IMG/VR virus record: IMGVR_UViG_3300000117_000028
Span: 1 to 54,746 of that record
Length of the DNA: 54,746 bases
DNA from: a virus
Taxonomy: Duplodnaviria; Caudoviricetes
Strand: one strand, 5' to 3'
Part shown: positions 20,347-29,778 of the stretch, in pieces
Position numbering within the stretch: position 1 is the stretch's first letter
How the letters are laid out: every line of letters begins with the position of its first letter
Notes under the pieces: generated by a model
The model's database searches: none
Seen by the model: only the letters and a program-made list of their open reading frames with translations
What the model was told of the DNA's origin: nothing
Program-made: the position numbers and the translations under genes

Positions 20347-21198
20347 TTACTCCTCTATATATGCCACAATCTTTGGGTCTTTTGCTTTTGACATACGGGC
20401 TGGTTCTTCTACCATGTTAGGCCAACACGCATGTCTATAATCACAGAATCTACAGCCATCGTTTAGTACCATATTTCCTGTTGGCTTACCCCGAAAGTGC
20501 TCAGGCACTGGGGAGAAGCAACGTTTGAATACGTTCTTGTTAACTGTCTCAACTGTATCTTTGATCTTGTCCAGTTCATTATCCATGTTAAGGTTATCAG
20601 CTGGTACGTACTTAAACTCACCATTGGCTTTGTTTACTACCCACCAACCACCAGCACGTTTGCCAGATGCTTTAGCATAACCTGCAAGCTGTCCTACGTA
20701 ACCAAAACTATCACCCTTTGCAAGCGTGTCAAAGGATTCAAACTTGTTACGGTAAGACCAGTCAGAGGCTGACTTCACATCATCAACAGCACCATCAACA
20801 ATGAGATCATAACTGCCGTGGACTTTAGTTCCTGCGGTGTCACCTACATCTAATGTAACATGGTCTGTGTCTTCAAACTTTACTCCTGCTTCTGTTAGTA
20901 GTCCTTTGAATACAGCCTCTACTATATCACCTAGCATCATGTTCATGATGAAGGTTGTCGGCTTGGGTAGTGCAGTCTCAGGTCTGTTCTTTTCAAACCA
21001 CAGTTGGCAAGTAGGACGCCCAACATTGGACATCCTTATTCTAAACTCACCACGAGACTTGCCACTACCAAACTGACGTTTCAATGCATCAGCAATTTCG
21101 GTAGCCACCTGCTGGATTGTTTCATCCCGCATGGTGGACTTACCGTTAACTGCGTCCGTCATATACTGGTGTAATGCCAGTTCGCCGGGATGGTTCAT
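20347..21198 (-). CDS. PD-(D/E)XK (Cas4-like) exonuclease
   Basis: RMSNVGRPxCQLW, GSYDL...DVKS, YxxQLxxY and C-terminal CxFCDY...C motifs. Confidence 0.8.
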   Translation of the reverse strand: MNHPGELALHQYMTDAVNGKSTMRDETIQQVATEIADALKRQFGSGKSRGEFRIRMSNVGRPTCQLWFEKNRPETALPKPTTFIMNMMLGDIVEAVFKGLLTEAGVKFEDTDHVTLDVGDTAGTKVHGSYDLIVDGAVDDVKSASDWSYRNKFESFDTLAKGDSFGYVGQLAGYAKASGKRAGGWWVVNKANGEFKYVPADNLNMDNELDKIKDTVETVNKNVFKRCFSPVPEHFRGKPTGNMVLNDGCRFCDYRHACWPNMVEEPARMSKAKDPKIVAYIEE

Positions 21199-22091
21199 TA
21201 CACGAAGTCCTCTTCGTCAATGTCCACAAATGCTTCAACAGTATCTGTATCTGTGTCATCATTCTTGTAGGCGTTTTCATCCCAAGCACCCTTGATGTAG
21301 TCGTTGTAGTTAGTAACCCATGCAAGGAAGTTTGCAAACGTTTCCTGCTCAGGGTCTGTAACATCAAGTGTCTCTTGTAGGTCAAGAGCTAAGGTAGGAA
21401 GATAGAATACACTACCATTTGGAAGTGCACGTTCTTCTGTCGCAGCTTTCATGTTGTGCTGTACAGGAAGTCGGCGCATCTTACTTAGCTTAGTAAAGAT
21501 AGTACCCGCAGTTTTAAATGCGTCACGGTTCTCAATCTCCCAGATGAATGCTTGAGGTTCCAAGTCCACAGGATTACCTTGTGCATCTGTTACATCGTGC
21601 ATCTCTACAGTACCAAACATAACACGAACACGTTTGATCTGACGGATCAGGTCTTGTGTTTTCTCTGGCAATGCTTTGAAGTCTTCAATCCATCCAGCAG
21701 GTTTACCACAGTTGAAACCACCGTCATTGTCTTTGAGATCACTGTTTAGATCGTTAGCCATAAGTGTCTTGACGTAACGATTAGGTGTAGTGTCACTACC
21801 TTTGATGAACCGCTTGTACATAAAGCGTTGTAGGTATGGGCGGATAGTAGCTGTGGGTGCATAGTAGGTAGGCCCATCTGGAATTTCCAGTTTGTATGTA
21901 CCACCTGATACAACTTCCATCTTTACTTTCTTACCGTTGATTGTGTCTTCACCCATGATAGCTGAGTGATTGATACGCAAACGTGCAAGTGTGCTTGCTT
22001 GTGATTTCTGTTTACCAGAATCCACAGACATGCCCATTGCCTCTGCCATTGCTGCGTAGTTACCTGTATTGATTGTTGCGATCTGTGTCAT
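21198..22091 (-). CDS. Putative single-stranded DNA-binding protein
   Basis: Between the polymerase and exonuclease genes; acidic tail ending DIDEEDFV; own promoter and AGGAG SD. Confidence 0.55.
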   Translation of the reverse strand: MTQIATINTGNYAAMAEAMGMSVDSGKQKSQASTLARLRINHSAIMGEDTINGKKVKMEVVSGGTYKLEIPDGPTYYAPTATIRPYLQRFMYKRFIKGSDTTPNRYVKTLMANDLNSDLKDNDGGFNCGKPAGWIEDFKALPEKTQDLIRQIKRVRVMFGTVEMHDVTDAQGNPVDLEPQAFIWEIENRDAFKTAGTIFTKLSKMRRLPVQHNMKAATEERALPNGSVFYLPTLALDLQETLDVTDPEQETFANFLAWVTNYNDYIKGAWDENAYKNDDTDTDTVEAFVDIDEEDFV

Positions 22092-22120
22092 AAACATTCT
22101 CCTTTTGTTTTAGCGAACCC

Positions 22121-22151
22121 TAGTTATATCATGCTACATCATTTGTGTCAA
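22121..22151 (-). promoter_or_regulatory. Sigma70-type promoter for the SSB/exonuclease/RNR genes
   Basis: TTGACA (22151-22146) - 17 nt - TATAAC (22128-22123). Confidence 0.7.
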
Positions 22152-24180
22152 GCCAGTTTGGACCAATCTTTGCCTCAAGAAGTAGTGGTACATTGAAGTC
22201 TAACCCCCACTTCTTGTTGACGATTGTTAGTAGCTTGTCATTGGCTGCACTTATGATACGTAATACTTTTTCCTCTTCTTCTGGATGCACATCAATCACG
22301 ATTGAATCGTGTACTGTATTGACTATGCATGATTGCATTTGATTTGCCTCTAATAACTTGTCAATGTATATCAGAGATATAGGTACAATGTCAGCCGTAG
22401 CAAACGATTGCACCGGAAAGTTTTTGATCTGTGTGAAAAATGTCACAGTACCATTAGCTCTACGTGTTACATCAGGGAAAGAGAACTCCCGACCTGATGG
22501 TGTCTTGATCTTGCCTGTAGCTAGAGCCTCACGTGCAAGATCCTTGTGCCACTTACCAATACCTGAGTACTTCTTAGTGAACTGCTCATAGTACGCTGCC
22601 TCTGCTGGGGTACGACCAAACCCACTAGCCCCATACAAAGGAGCAAATGTGTGTGCCTTGGCTTCCTGACGTGACATAGTTTGACCTGCATCACTGATCA
22701 CCTGTGCAGTGTATGAGTGTACATCAAACCCTGTAGTCACTTCATCAATGGCGGTCTTGTCCTGTGATAAGAATGCTGCCACACGAAACTCAAGCTGTGC
22801 AAAGTCAGCTTCCATAATCTGACCGCCAGTCCAACGTGATTTGAATACACGCTTCACTGGAAACGTACCACCACGTGGCATGTTCTGCATGTTAGGATCG
22901 GCACCAGATAAACGTCCCGTAGCTGTACGGTGTTGCAGTAGTCTGACGTGTAGAAGACCATCTTGTTTTACATGTGTTGATATGCCTTCCACAAAGCTTG
23001 ATAGATATGTATCAACGGCAGACAGACGGCGAACTCGTTGTAAGAACAACACTGCGTCCTGCATACCACGTTGTCTAGCGATACCTTCAAGGTACTCAAG
23101 TTTATCTTTGCTTGTTGCGAAACCGTTAGCTGAGGCCCATTTTGCTGTAGGTGCATTGAACTTTAACCCCGCAACAGACGAATGAATATCAATAAATATA
23201 TAACCTGAACTATCGCAGGTAGTACATTTATTTGTTCGTGCATAGAGTGTTCCATCTTTCTTTACCTTCCGTATCTGACCAGTGCCGTTGCATGTTGTGC
23301 ACTGCTTTGCTTTTTGTTTGTACAACGTCTTAGTATTCTGGCGTACTGTACTACGATAGTCCGTATCAGACATACGATACGAATCAAATAGGTCAGCCCA
23401 TACTTTTTTGTCATGGGGTTTCTTACTGTAGATAACCCAAGACAATTGCTCTGGACTATTGAGATTGATAGGACGATCACCCATCAACTCACTGATCTGT
23501 TCCTCAAGGTCACGTATCAACTGGTCACGTTCCTGTTGGAACTCTTGCCGCACACCCTCAAGTGCATCCATGTCTACACTGAACCCACGCTGATATACTT
23601 TAGCAAGGTGTATAGCTAACTGATTGGTCAGCCGTATAGTTCCGTCCAGTGAAGTGCATTCCTCGTATGATGTCTGCAAACGAAGATACAATTGCTGTGT
23701 GGCATGTAAGTCATGTGACAAGTACTCTGACAACTCTGCGTGTGGAATGTCACGTACTGAGTAGCCCTGCTTGAAATACTCCTTGAGTGTGTCTTGCTTC
23801 TGTGTGTCAAGGTTGTACCGTTCTGCACAAGCATCAAGTGATAGAGCTTCTTTCTGCCCACGCTGCAACACGTACTCACCTAGCATGGTGTCAAAGATAG
23901 GGCCATTGTATGTGAAGCCAGACTCCCAAAGCCAAAGCAAGTCGTGTGCAGCGTTGTGCATAATTAGAAGGGCGGTGTCATCCAGTTTCTGTTGGACAAT
24001 CAGCCGCCCCTCTGTGGTAGGTTGTTGCTCTGCGTGATCAAAAGTTACAATGTCTTGGTTTCCAAGATCATCTAGCATACCTACCATTACCAGTGTATTC
24101 TCTGGCTCAAACGGATCAAGGTGCATCTTACCATTCCGCTTTACCACAGTGTTTTCTACGTCAAGGGTAAGGTGTTTCAT
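22129..24180 (-). CDS. polA: Family A DNA polymerase with 3'-5' exonuclease and DnaJ-like Zn-finger insert
   Basis: LDVE exo motif, TATGRLS, DFAQLEFR, RQEAKAHTFAPLYG, VHDS; CTTCNGTG and CTTCDSSG insert. Confidence 0.95.
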   Translation of the reverse strand: MKHLTLDVENTVVKRNGKMHLDPFEPENTLVMVGMLDDLGNQDIVTFDHAEQQPTTEGRLIVQQKLDDTALLIMHNAAHDLLWLWESGFTYNGPIFDTMLGEYVLQRGQKEALSLDACAERYNLDTQKQDTLKEYFKQGYSVRDIPHAELSEYLSHDLHATQQLYLRLQTSYEECTSLDGTIRLTNQLAIHLAKVYQRGFSVDMDALEGVRQEFQQERDQLIRDLEEQISELMGDRPINLNSPEQLSWVIYSKKPHDKKVWADLFDSYRMSDTDYRSTVRQNTKTLYKQKAKQCTTCNGTGQIRKVKKDGTLYARTNKCTTCDSSGYIFIDIHSSVAGLKFNAPTAKWASANGFATSKDKLEYLEGIARQRGMQDAVLFLQRVRRLSAVDTYLSSFVEGISTHVKQDGLLHVRLLQHRTATGRLSGADPNMQNMPRGGTFPVKRVFKSRWTGGQIMEADFAQLEFRVAAFLSQDKTAIDEVTTGFDVHSYTAQVISDAGQTMSRQEAKAHTFAPLYGASGFGRTPAEAAYYEQFTKKYSGIGKWHKDLAREALATGKIKTPSGREFSFPDVTRRANGTVTFFTQIKNFPVQSFATADIVPISLIYIDKLLEANQMQSCIVNTVHDSIVIDVHPEEEEKVLRIISAANDKLLTIVNKKWGLDFNVPLLLEAKIGPNWLDTNDVA

Positions 24181-24188
24181 TGCGTCTC

Positions 24189-24386
24189 CTATATTGAATC
24201 GTTTGGATGCCAGTTATCCCATTCATCTTCTATTAATAGATCATTGCCATACACCTTGTCAAGTTCATTTTGAAACATTTTATCATTGGCGTACATCTGC
24301 ATTGCTTTCAATGCTTCTTTGCACGTCAAGTTTTGACGATGCATTTCTGATACAAGTGCTGCTGCATCTACTTCATCTTTGTTCAT
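24189..24386 (-). CDS. Hypothetical protein
   Basis: GGGGAG SD; lies within the operon. Confidence 0.55.
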   Translation of the reverse strand: MNKDEVDAAALVSEMHRQNLTCKEALKAMQMYANDKMFQNELDKVYGNDLLIEDEWDNWHPNDSI

Positions 24387-24389
24387 TTG

Positions 24390-24629
24390 TTATCTCCCCT
24401 TTACTAACCGTGAATAGAAGGCACCCTCTGGACTACGTAGTGCCGTGTTTAAATCTAGCAACTGTTGGTACGACATATACAATATCTGATACTCATTTAG
24501 TGTGTTATCAAACTGTCTCAAGTAAACAACATCGTCATCACCGACTACCATTTCCACATCATTGAAGCGGTCATTTTCATCTAGTGTTGTTATGACTGCT
24601 GCATCACTTTCAAACTCAACTGTGTACAT
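24390..24629 (-). CDS. Hypothetical protein
   Basis: In-operon ORF, MYTVEF start. Confidence 0.55.
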   Translation of the reverse strand: MYTVEFESDAAVITTLDENDRFNDVEMVVGDDDVVYLRQFDNTLNEYQILYMSYQQLLDLNTALRSPEGAFYSRLVKGR

Positions 24630-24744
24630 CTGGCTGCTCTGCTACAAGAATGTTAACGTGAGCTACGTTACCTTCCACACGGGTGATAACATACTCAAGC
24701 CCTGCCTTGGTGAGTAACAATCTTAGTTGACCTATAGGTATCAT
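24616..24744 (-). CDS. Small hypothetical protein (42 aa, not in ORF track)
   Basis: MIPIGQLRLLLTKAGLEYVITRVEGNVAHVNILVAEQPDVHS; ATGA overlap with the upstream stop; AAGGA SD. Confidence 0.5.
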   Translation of the reverse strand: MIPIGQLRLLLTKAGLEYVITRVEGNVAHVNILVAEQPDVHS

Positions 24745-25040
24745 GTCTTATCCTTTCCATCTAGATGTATCAGACGATCCAAGTACCACTGTGACTTGAG
24801 TAGATCCTCTTGCTTGTTCTTGTAACGCCAGCGGTGTAGGTACTTAGCTATGTTACCACGAAGGTAGCCTATGTATTCCTCTGTGGTGAGGAAGTCTTCT
24901 ATGTAGTCAATGCACTCAATGCTACCCTTACCATAGTGCGCTGGGTTGTTGACGTTATCTGGTGTATGCTCTGCCAATACGGTCTCCTTAAAGTCTTCCT
25001 GCTCTTTCATCAATCGTTTCCACTCACTGTTTATCATCAC
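24741..25040 (-). CDS. DUF3310 family protein (T7 gp1.7-like nucleotide kinase family)
   Basis: DNVNxPxHY...IECID...GNxxKYxxR...K...DLxKxxWY. Confidence 0.85.
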   Translation of the reverse strand: MMINSEWKRLMKEQEDFKETVLAEHTPDNVNNPAHYGKGSIECIDYIEDFLTTEEYIGYLRGNIAKYLHRWRYKNKQEDLLKSQWYLDRLIHLDGKDKT

Positions 25041-25071
25041 TCTTCCTCCAGACAGAAGCTACCCTCTGGTG

Positions 25072-25308
25072 TCATGGGTCTACCCCTCTCTCTTTCTGCG
25101 CCTTAATTACATCTTCATACTTGTTGAACAACTGCTCAAACTTCCACTGGTACACTTGCTGCATACCAAGCAGGGCGTTCATCAGTTCGTCTGGGGTAGG
25201 CTCACGCTCACCGTCACCTATCTGTTTGAAGATAGCCTTAAGGTCATCGCATACATGCCAGCAGTCCATTATCATTGGCTCTAAGTCATACAGTTTAGTC
25301 ATCTTCAT
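25072..25308 (-). CDS. Hypothetical protein
   Basis: [10 protein letters not shown] motif; GGGAGG SD. Confidence 0.55.
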   Translation of the reverse strand: MKMTKLYDLEPMIMDCWHVCDDLKAIFKQIGDGEREPTPDELMNALLGMQQVYQWKFEQLFNKYEDVIKAQKERGVDP

Positions 25309-25450
25309 CCTCCCATTGTAGGCCAGTTTTAATTAACGACACAAAGCCCACGTTAAATATGGCTGCAAATGTCTCTGGGTCACACTCTACCTGCAACGTA
25401 GCACTGCCATCCTCATGCTCAGTTATTTCAGTTATTTTGACTTCACTCAT
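25295..25450 (-). CDS. Small hypothetical protein (51 aa, not in ORF track)
   Basis: [23 protein letters not shown]...; AGGAG SD; fills the gap after thyX. Confidence 0.55.
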   Translation of the reverse strand: MSEVKITEITEHEDGSATLQVECDPETFAAIFNVGFVSLIKTGLQWEDEDD

Positions 25451-26093
25451 CGTCATCTCCTTGCATCAAAGCATCCCATGACACAGGAAATAACCTATCC
25501 ATGTGCCTATGGATATGCCATGCCACTAACCGTGTCTCGTACTGTGTGTCAGACTTACACCGTAGGTTACACATGTCAGCAAAGGCATCAAGGCTACCAG
25601 ACCAGTACCACTCAGTCATTGTAGACTGTGGCAGTACCATACGGGCTTGCTCCGGTGCTATACCTACCCGTAATAGCTCTTTGTATATATCCAGTTGGTT
25701 GTAGTTACCTAATGGCCCTTCATATTTTACTTCACCCTCACTACCTTGCTTCTTGTCAGCACTACGACCACGCCATACGTCAGGCACATAGAACTCAGGT
25801 TCATCATCTACGTAGCGCCTAGATATTTCGTTCCATCTCAAGAACTTATGCTTAACTAGCTGCCGTGCTACAAAGATTGGAGCCTTGACGTGGAAGGATG
25901 CGAAGCAATGCCCAAAGGGACTGATATGACGATGCTTGGCAAGGTAACGGATAAGCTTATCATCCTTAGCCTTGAGCTTAGGTGGACCCCAAGGATCGTC
26001 TTCCATCTCACTGGTCTTACCAAATGACACACGGGCAGCATTAGCTACGGTCAGGTCATTGCCCATGTGGTTTATGTATGTTGTTTTAATCAC
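25443..26093 (-). CDS. thyX: FAD-dependent thymidylate synthase
   Basis: AARVS, HxSPF, RQLVKH...NEISRRY, EQARMVLP, LRC...QxE motifs. Confidence 0.93.
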   Translation of the reverse strand: MIKTTYINHMGNDLTVANAARVSFGKTSEMEDDPWGPPKLKAKDDKLIRYLAKHRHISPFGHCFASFHVKAPIFVARQLVKHKFLRWNEISRRYVDDEPEFYVPDVWRGRSADKKQGSEGEVKYEGPLGNYNQLDIYKELLRVGIAPEQARMVLPQSTMTEWYWSGSLDAFADMCNLRCKSDTQYETRLVAWHIHRHMDRLFPVSWDALMQGDDDE

Positions 26094-26511
26094 GTGCTAT
26101 CTCCTCATGGTTTTGTAGGTACGCTAAGGCATTTCTAATTCTATTGATGTCATCTTTGAATGCACCAAGTCCTGTATTGCAATGATGACACAGCCAACCT
26201 CTATATGTTTCTGTATCATGGCAGTGATCAAGCACCCAATTCTGCAGTCTCTTCTGCCCCTTCTTGCCTATCTGATCAATGCTACGATCACATATAGGAC
26301 AAGTGTAATTGTCATCAGGATACGGATGCAACTTCTTTAGATAACTAACCAGATTGGATTGCTCCCTAGCGCAAGTACGGCACTTTCTTTTTATCTCACC
26401 TGATACCATGTGCTGAAAGTTATCAACTGGTTGTACAACACCACAGTTATTACATTCAAGTCCATCCTCGTAATGCTGTACAACCTTTTCAAATAGTTCT
26501 AGTTGGTTCAC
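26086..26511 (-). CDS. Endonuclease VII-family (HNH-type) nuclease
   Basis: CPIC...LDHCH....RGWLCHHCN motif plus an N-terminal pair of CxxC. Confidence 0.85.
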   Translation of the reverse strand: MNQLELFEKVVQHYEDGLECNNCGVVQPVDNFQHMVSGEIKRKCRTCAREQSNLVSYLKKLHPYPDDNYTCPICDRSIDQIGKKGQKRLQNWVLDHCHDTETYRGWLCHHCNTGLGAFKDDINRIRNALAYLQNHEEIARD

Positions 26512-27731
26512 ACTGTATACCTCGCAGTCTTGTACTCTAGGTCACAATGTACAACACCATGCCAACCAGATAGTTTGTTCTTCACAACATTCAAGTGACG
26601 CTGTGTGTCTTCTTCCTCTTGCCCATCAACCACAGGGTTCTTGGCAATCAATACCATAAGGTCAGCTTCCGCTGCCTTACCAGTACGTGAGCCTTCCATC
26701 ATGCTCTGGTTCAGTAGAACCTTACCCTCTGCATCAGCTGATAGCTGAGACATGTAGAAGATAGCACAGTTGTGTGACTTGGCAATCTGACGGGCATAGA
26801 TAGCGTTAGCTTTCAGTGCTTCATCAGGACGTGAGAAGCCACCAGTACGGGCGAACTTATCACCCATGTCTAGGATTACAATGTCAGGCTTGTATGACTT
26901 ACACACAGACTCAACCCATGACATGTCACGATCACTTGCATCTTTGATCTTGATGTTGTCTGCAACAACTGAGTATGCATCACGGGCACGGGCTGGGTTA
27001 TCCTTCACCTCTTGCATAGTCATACCAGTAGCCGCAGTCAGATACCGTGCACCAACACGGTGTGATGCTTCTTCATTACATAAGATAACACACTTGGCAC
27101 CTTGATGTGCAAAGCCACCCGGTGCTGCAATGAGAGAGGCGTGAAAGGATGTCTTGCCTGTGTTGGGACGTGCACCCACTTCAATCAAGTGACCTGCATT
27201 GACGCCCTCTACCTTACGTGTAAGGGTAGGTATGTTGAATGACCATTGCGATTCAAGATCATTCTTTTCTAGCAGTGTGTCAACGTCAATGTCATCCCAC
27301 TCAATACGTAGGTCAGGGGTGAAGTCATCTGAGTAACGCTCAAGTATATCACGCAATGGCTCAAGGCTACCCTTCGTACCGTTTACGTAGTCAAACCCAA
27401 GGTTGGCAACGTCTTCTCCTACGACCTGCTGGAACAGCTTAGACAACACTTCCTGTGCTATGTCGCTGCCCATAGGGGCTTCCTTCTTGATCTGATTAAA
27501 CAGTGAACTGTAAGCGCCCTTCTGCGCTGTGGTGAGGGTTGGATTGTTGGACATAAACAATGCCTCAATTTCATCCGGTGTAATTGTACGCTCATAGCGA
27601 TCCATAGCTGTGTCGATTGCTTGCTTGATCTTACGCACATCTTTGCTGAACAGTCTATCAGGACACTTAGCACCACGATGATCATCGTAGAACTCTTTAT
27701 CCATAAGGCTGCGTATTAGTGATAGTTCCAT
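26508..27731 (-). CDS. DnaB-like (SF4) replicative helicase
   Basis: Walker A GARPNTGKT, IVILD, SQL, EADL, VVKNK. Confidence 0.9.
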   Translation of the reverse strand: MELSLIRSLMDKEFYDDHRGAKCPDRLFSKDVRKIKQAIDTAMDRYERTITPDEIEALFMSNNPTLTTAQKGAYSSLFNQIKKEAPMGSDIAQEVLSKLFQQVVGEDVANLGFDYVNGTKGSLEPLRDILERYSDDFTPDLRIEWDDIDVDTLLEKNDLESQWSFNIPTLTRKVEGVNAGHLIEVGARPNTGKTSFHASLIAAPGGFAHQGAKCVILCNEEASHRVGARYLTAATGMTMQEVKDNPARARDAYSVVADNIKIKDASDRDMSWVESVCKSYKPDIVILDMGDKFARTGGFSRPDEALKANAIYARQIAKSHNCAIFYMSQLSADAEGKVLLNQSMMEGSRTGKAAEADLMVLIAKNPVVDGQEEEDTQRHLNVVKNKLSGWHGVVHCDLEYKTARYTV

Positions 27732-28525
27732 TATACTTCTCCAAGTGTTGTTAGATTTTCTATGTCGGTAGGGTTTCGGTATTTCAGGTCATCTGTTAGT
27801 CGGAGTACCTTCACATCGTGAACATACCCTCGTAATTCTTTTGCGAATTGCAGTGTCTTTGGTAGGGCGTCAGGGTCTAGTGCAATTATAACCGTTGAGA
27901 ATTGTGAGAGATACTGCTTATGTACCTCAGAAAGTGAGGTGCCCAACACTGCTACCCCGACATACACTCCACCTTCTGAGCATCCAGATACATTAGTCTC
28001 ACCCACAATGGCAGCACTAACACAATCCTCAACGACTACTCCCGTTGTACCATAGCCACATGCATAGGGCAAGGGATTTTTACCATACCTTTTCCATTTA
28101 GGTATCTTTTTTCCTAGTGCTCTACCTGTCGCATCCACCATGATGTTGTTGTGCACCACAGGAAATACGACACGGTGTTCACGAACATCATACAACAAAC
28201 CGAGGTCACGAGCATCCAGTTCCCATGTGTCACAGAAGTCTCGCACAGCATCATAGTCTTTCACAAGCCACTCAGGTTTATGAAAGGATACTGCCTCAGT
28301 CTCTTCTGCTACAGAGCCTAGAGATTTACGAATGTCATCACTGGTAAGTGCGGTACGAGTACCACCAGACACACTACACCCTGCTTTGTAACAGTTCCAC
28401 ATAAGCTGACCCATGTTATTAGTTGCTGTAAATGTTTTAACTCCCCCACATACGGGACAGTTAGTACGTTTACTTTCACCATTCACTAAGTCCATATCAC
28501 TTATATGTTCTTGTATACTATTCAT
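27731..28525 (-). CDS. DNA primase (Zn finger + Toprim)
   Basis: CPVC...CYKAGC Zn finger; VVVED, LGT and ALDPD Toprim motifs; adjacent to the helicase gene. Confidence 0.85.
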   Translation of the reverse strand: MNSIQEHISDMDLVNGESKRTNCPVCGGVKTFTATNNMGQLMWNCYKAGCSVSGGTRTALTSDDIRKSLGSVAEETEAVSFHKPEWLVKDYDAVRDFCDTWELDARDLGLLYDVREHRVVFPVVHNNIMVDATGRALGKKIPKWKRYGKNPLPYACGYGTTGVVVEDCVSAAIVGETNVSGCSEGGVYVGVAVLGTSLSEVHKQYLSQFSTVIIALDPDALPKTLQFAKELRGYVHDVKVLRLTDDLKYRNPTDIENLTTLGEV

Positions 28526-29645
28526 GTATATCACTTTCAATGTTATTCGCTACACTCAATTGTACATGTACGTTTCTTTGTGTCAAGGCATTATTTGCAC
28601 TTTCGTATGTATGCTTCATGTATGGTTTCACAGATGCAACATGTGTGTGACCTGTTACTGCCATGATTTGTGGTAGTGGAACGCCCCTGTCTACCATCTG
28701 TGTCACACCAGTTCTGCGTAAGTCCATCAGCCTTAGCTCTTCATTTAACTTTGCTAACCTCATGATGCGGCGTCCAACCTTGGACAGTCTTTCCATTGCA
28801 TACGGTTTAAACCTACCATCACGTGGCTGTGGATGTGGTGCCACCCATTCTTGAAAACCAAAGTCTGCTTTCTGCTCAAGCAACATAGCATTTAGATTGT
28901 CACTGATAGGTAGGAACACCTCTGCCCTACGCTTGCTCTGCTCTAATCGTAGCTGCTGTTTCTTTAGGTCAACATTCTCCCAGCGTAGCATACGCATGTC
29001 ACCTAATCGTTGGCACCATTCGTATGCCATCTGTACAATGAGACCAATGTTACGGTACTCAAAGTCGCTGTAAGCTACATCAAGAAACTTGACAACATCA
29101 CGATGCTCCCACACATTCTTGCGCTGCTGGGTTGCCTTACGTTTGATCTTTGCGAAAGGGTTTTGCTCTGCATGTTCCATTTGTATGGCGTAGTTATATA
29201 CCCTACTAGCACAGGTTGCCGCATGGTTAGCGAAGCTAATGCCACGCTTCACCCAATCCTCATATGCACGTTTTGCAATCTTAGGTGTGACATCTTTATA
29301 CTTGCGACACCCAATTGTCTGGTGAACAACGGTCAAGAAATACCTGTAGTCTACCTTAGTTGAGTCACGTAACATACTGAAATCGTTTGACAAGTAGTAG
29401 AAGTTAATGAGGTCAGTGACCTTGCTGCTAGGCTTTAGTTCTACAACTTGAGCTTGCTTGTCACGATATGCATCAATGTCTTTGTTGTACTCACGGGCAA
29501 TCCTTCTCGCAACCTTTATATCTCCACTAAGTTCCTCACGTTCTACTACTCCTGCATTCACCAGTGGCTGTGGTGGATTGAAACGGAATGAGATGTCACC
29601 AGAAGGTGACACTCGTTTCTGTACATATCGTGGTAGTTTAGGCAT
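28518..29645 (-). CDS. int: Tyrosine recombinase / integrase
   Basis: QRLGD, QSK, DLRRT, TGH and Y (VKPY) catalytic arrangement. Confidence 0.88.
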   Translation of the reverse strand: MPKLPRYVQKRVSPSGDISFRFNPPQPLVNAGVVEREELSGDIKVARRIAREYNKDIDAYRDKQAQVVELKPSSKVTDLINFYYLSNDFSMLRDSTKVDYRYFLTVVHQTIGCRKYKDVTPKIAKRAYEDWVKRGISFANHAATCASRVYNYAIQMEHAEQNPFAKIKRKATQQRKNVWEHRDVVKFLDVAYSDFEYRNIGLIVQMAYEWCQRLGDMRMLRWENVDLKKQQLRLEQSKRRAEVFLPISDNLNAMLLEQKADFGFQEWVAPHPQPRDGRFKPYAMERLSKVGRRIMRLAKLNEELRLMDLRRTGVTQMVDRGVPLPQIMAVTGHTHVASVKPYMKHTYESANNALTQRNVHVQLSVANNIESDIHE

Positions 29646-29778
29646 ATACTCTCCTTAGTTCTACTATAAAGTAGTCCTTCAGTATTTGTGTTACATGATC
29701 TTTGGAATAGGCATACAAGTAAACCTCTTGTGTCTCTCCAGACAACCCCTTGCGTAAGTCTGCTACGTACCTGTTCAT
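29638..29778 (-). CDS. Small hypothetical protein (46 aa, not in ORF track)
   Basis: MNRYVADLRKGLSGETQEVYLYAYSKDHVTQILKDYFIVELRRVYA; TAATG-coupled, GGAGG SD, overlaps the int start. Confidence 0.55.
   Translation of the reverse strand: MNRYVADLRKGLSGETQEVYLYAYSKDHVTQILKDYFIVELRRVYA

Noticed and set aside
21018-21031. GCCCAACATTGGAC, a one-mismatch copy of the early palindrome
   Set aside because: It encodes the exonuclease motif MSNVGR, lacks the conserved flanks and is 11 kb from the cluster; probably coincidental
26086-26511. Endonuclease VII gene as an intron-encoded homing element
   Set aside because: It is free-standing and overlaps intact helicase and thyX genes; no interrupted gene or intron structure is seen, though free-standing mobility cannot be excluded
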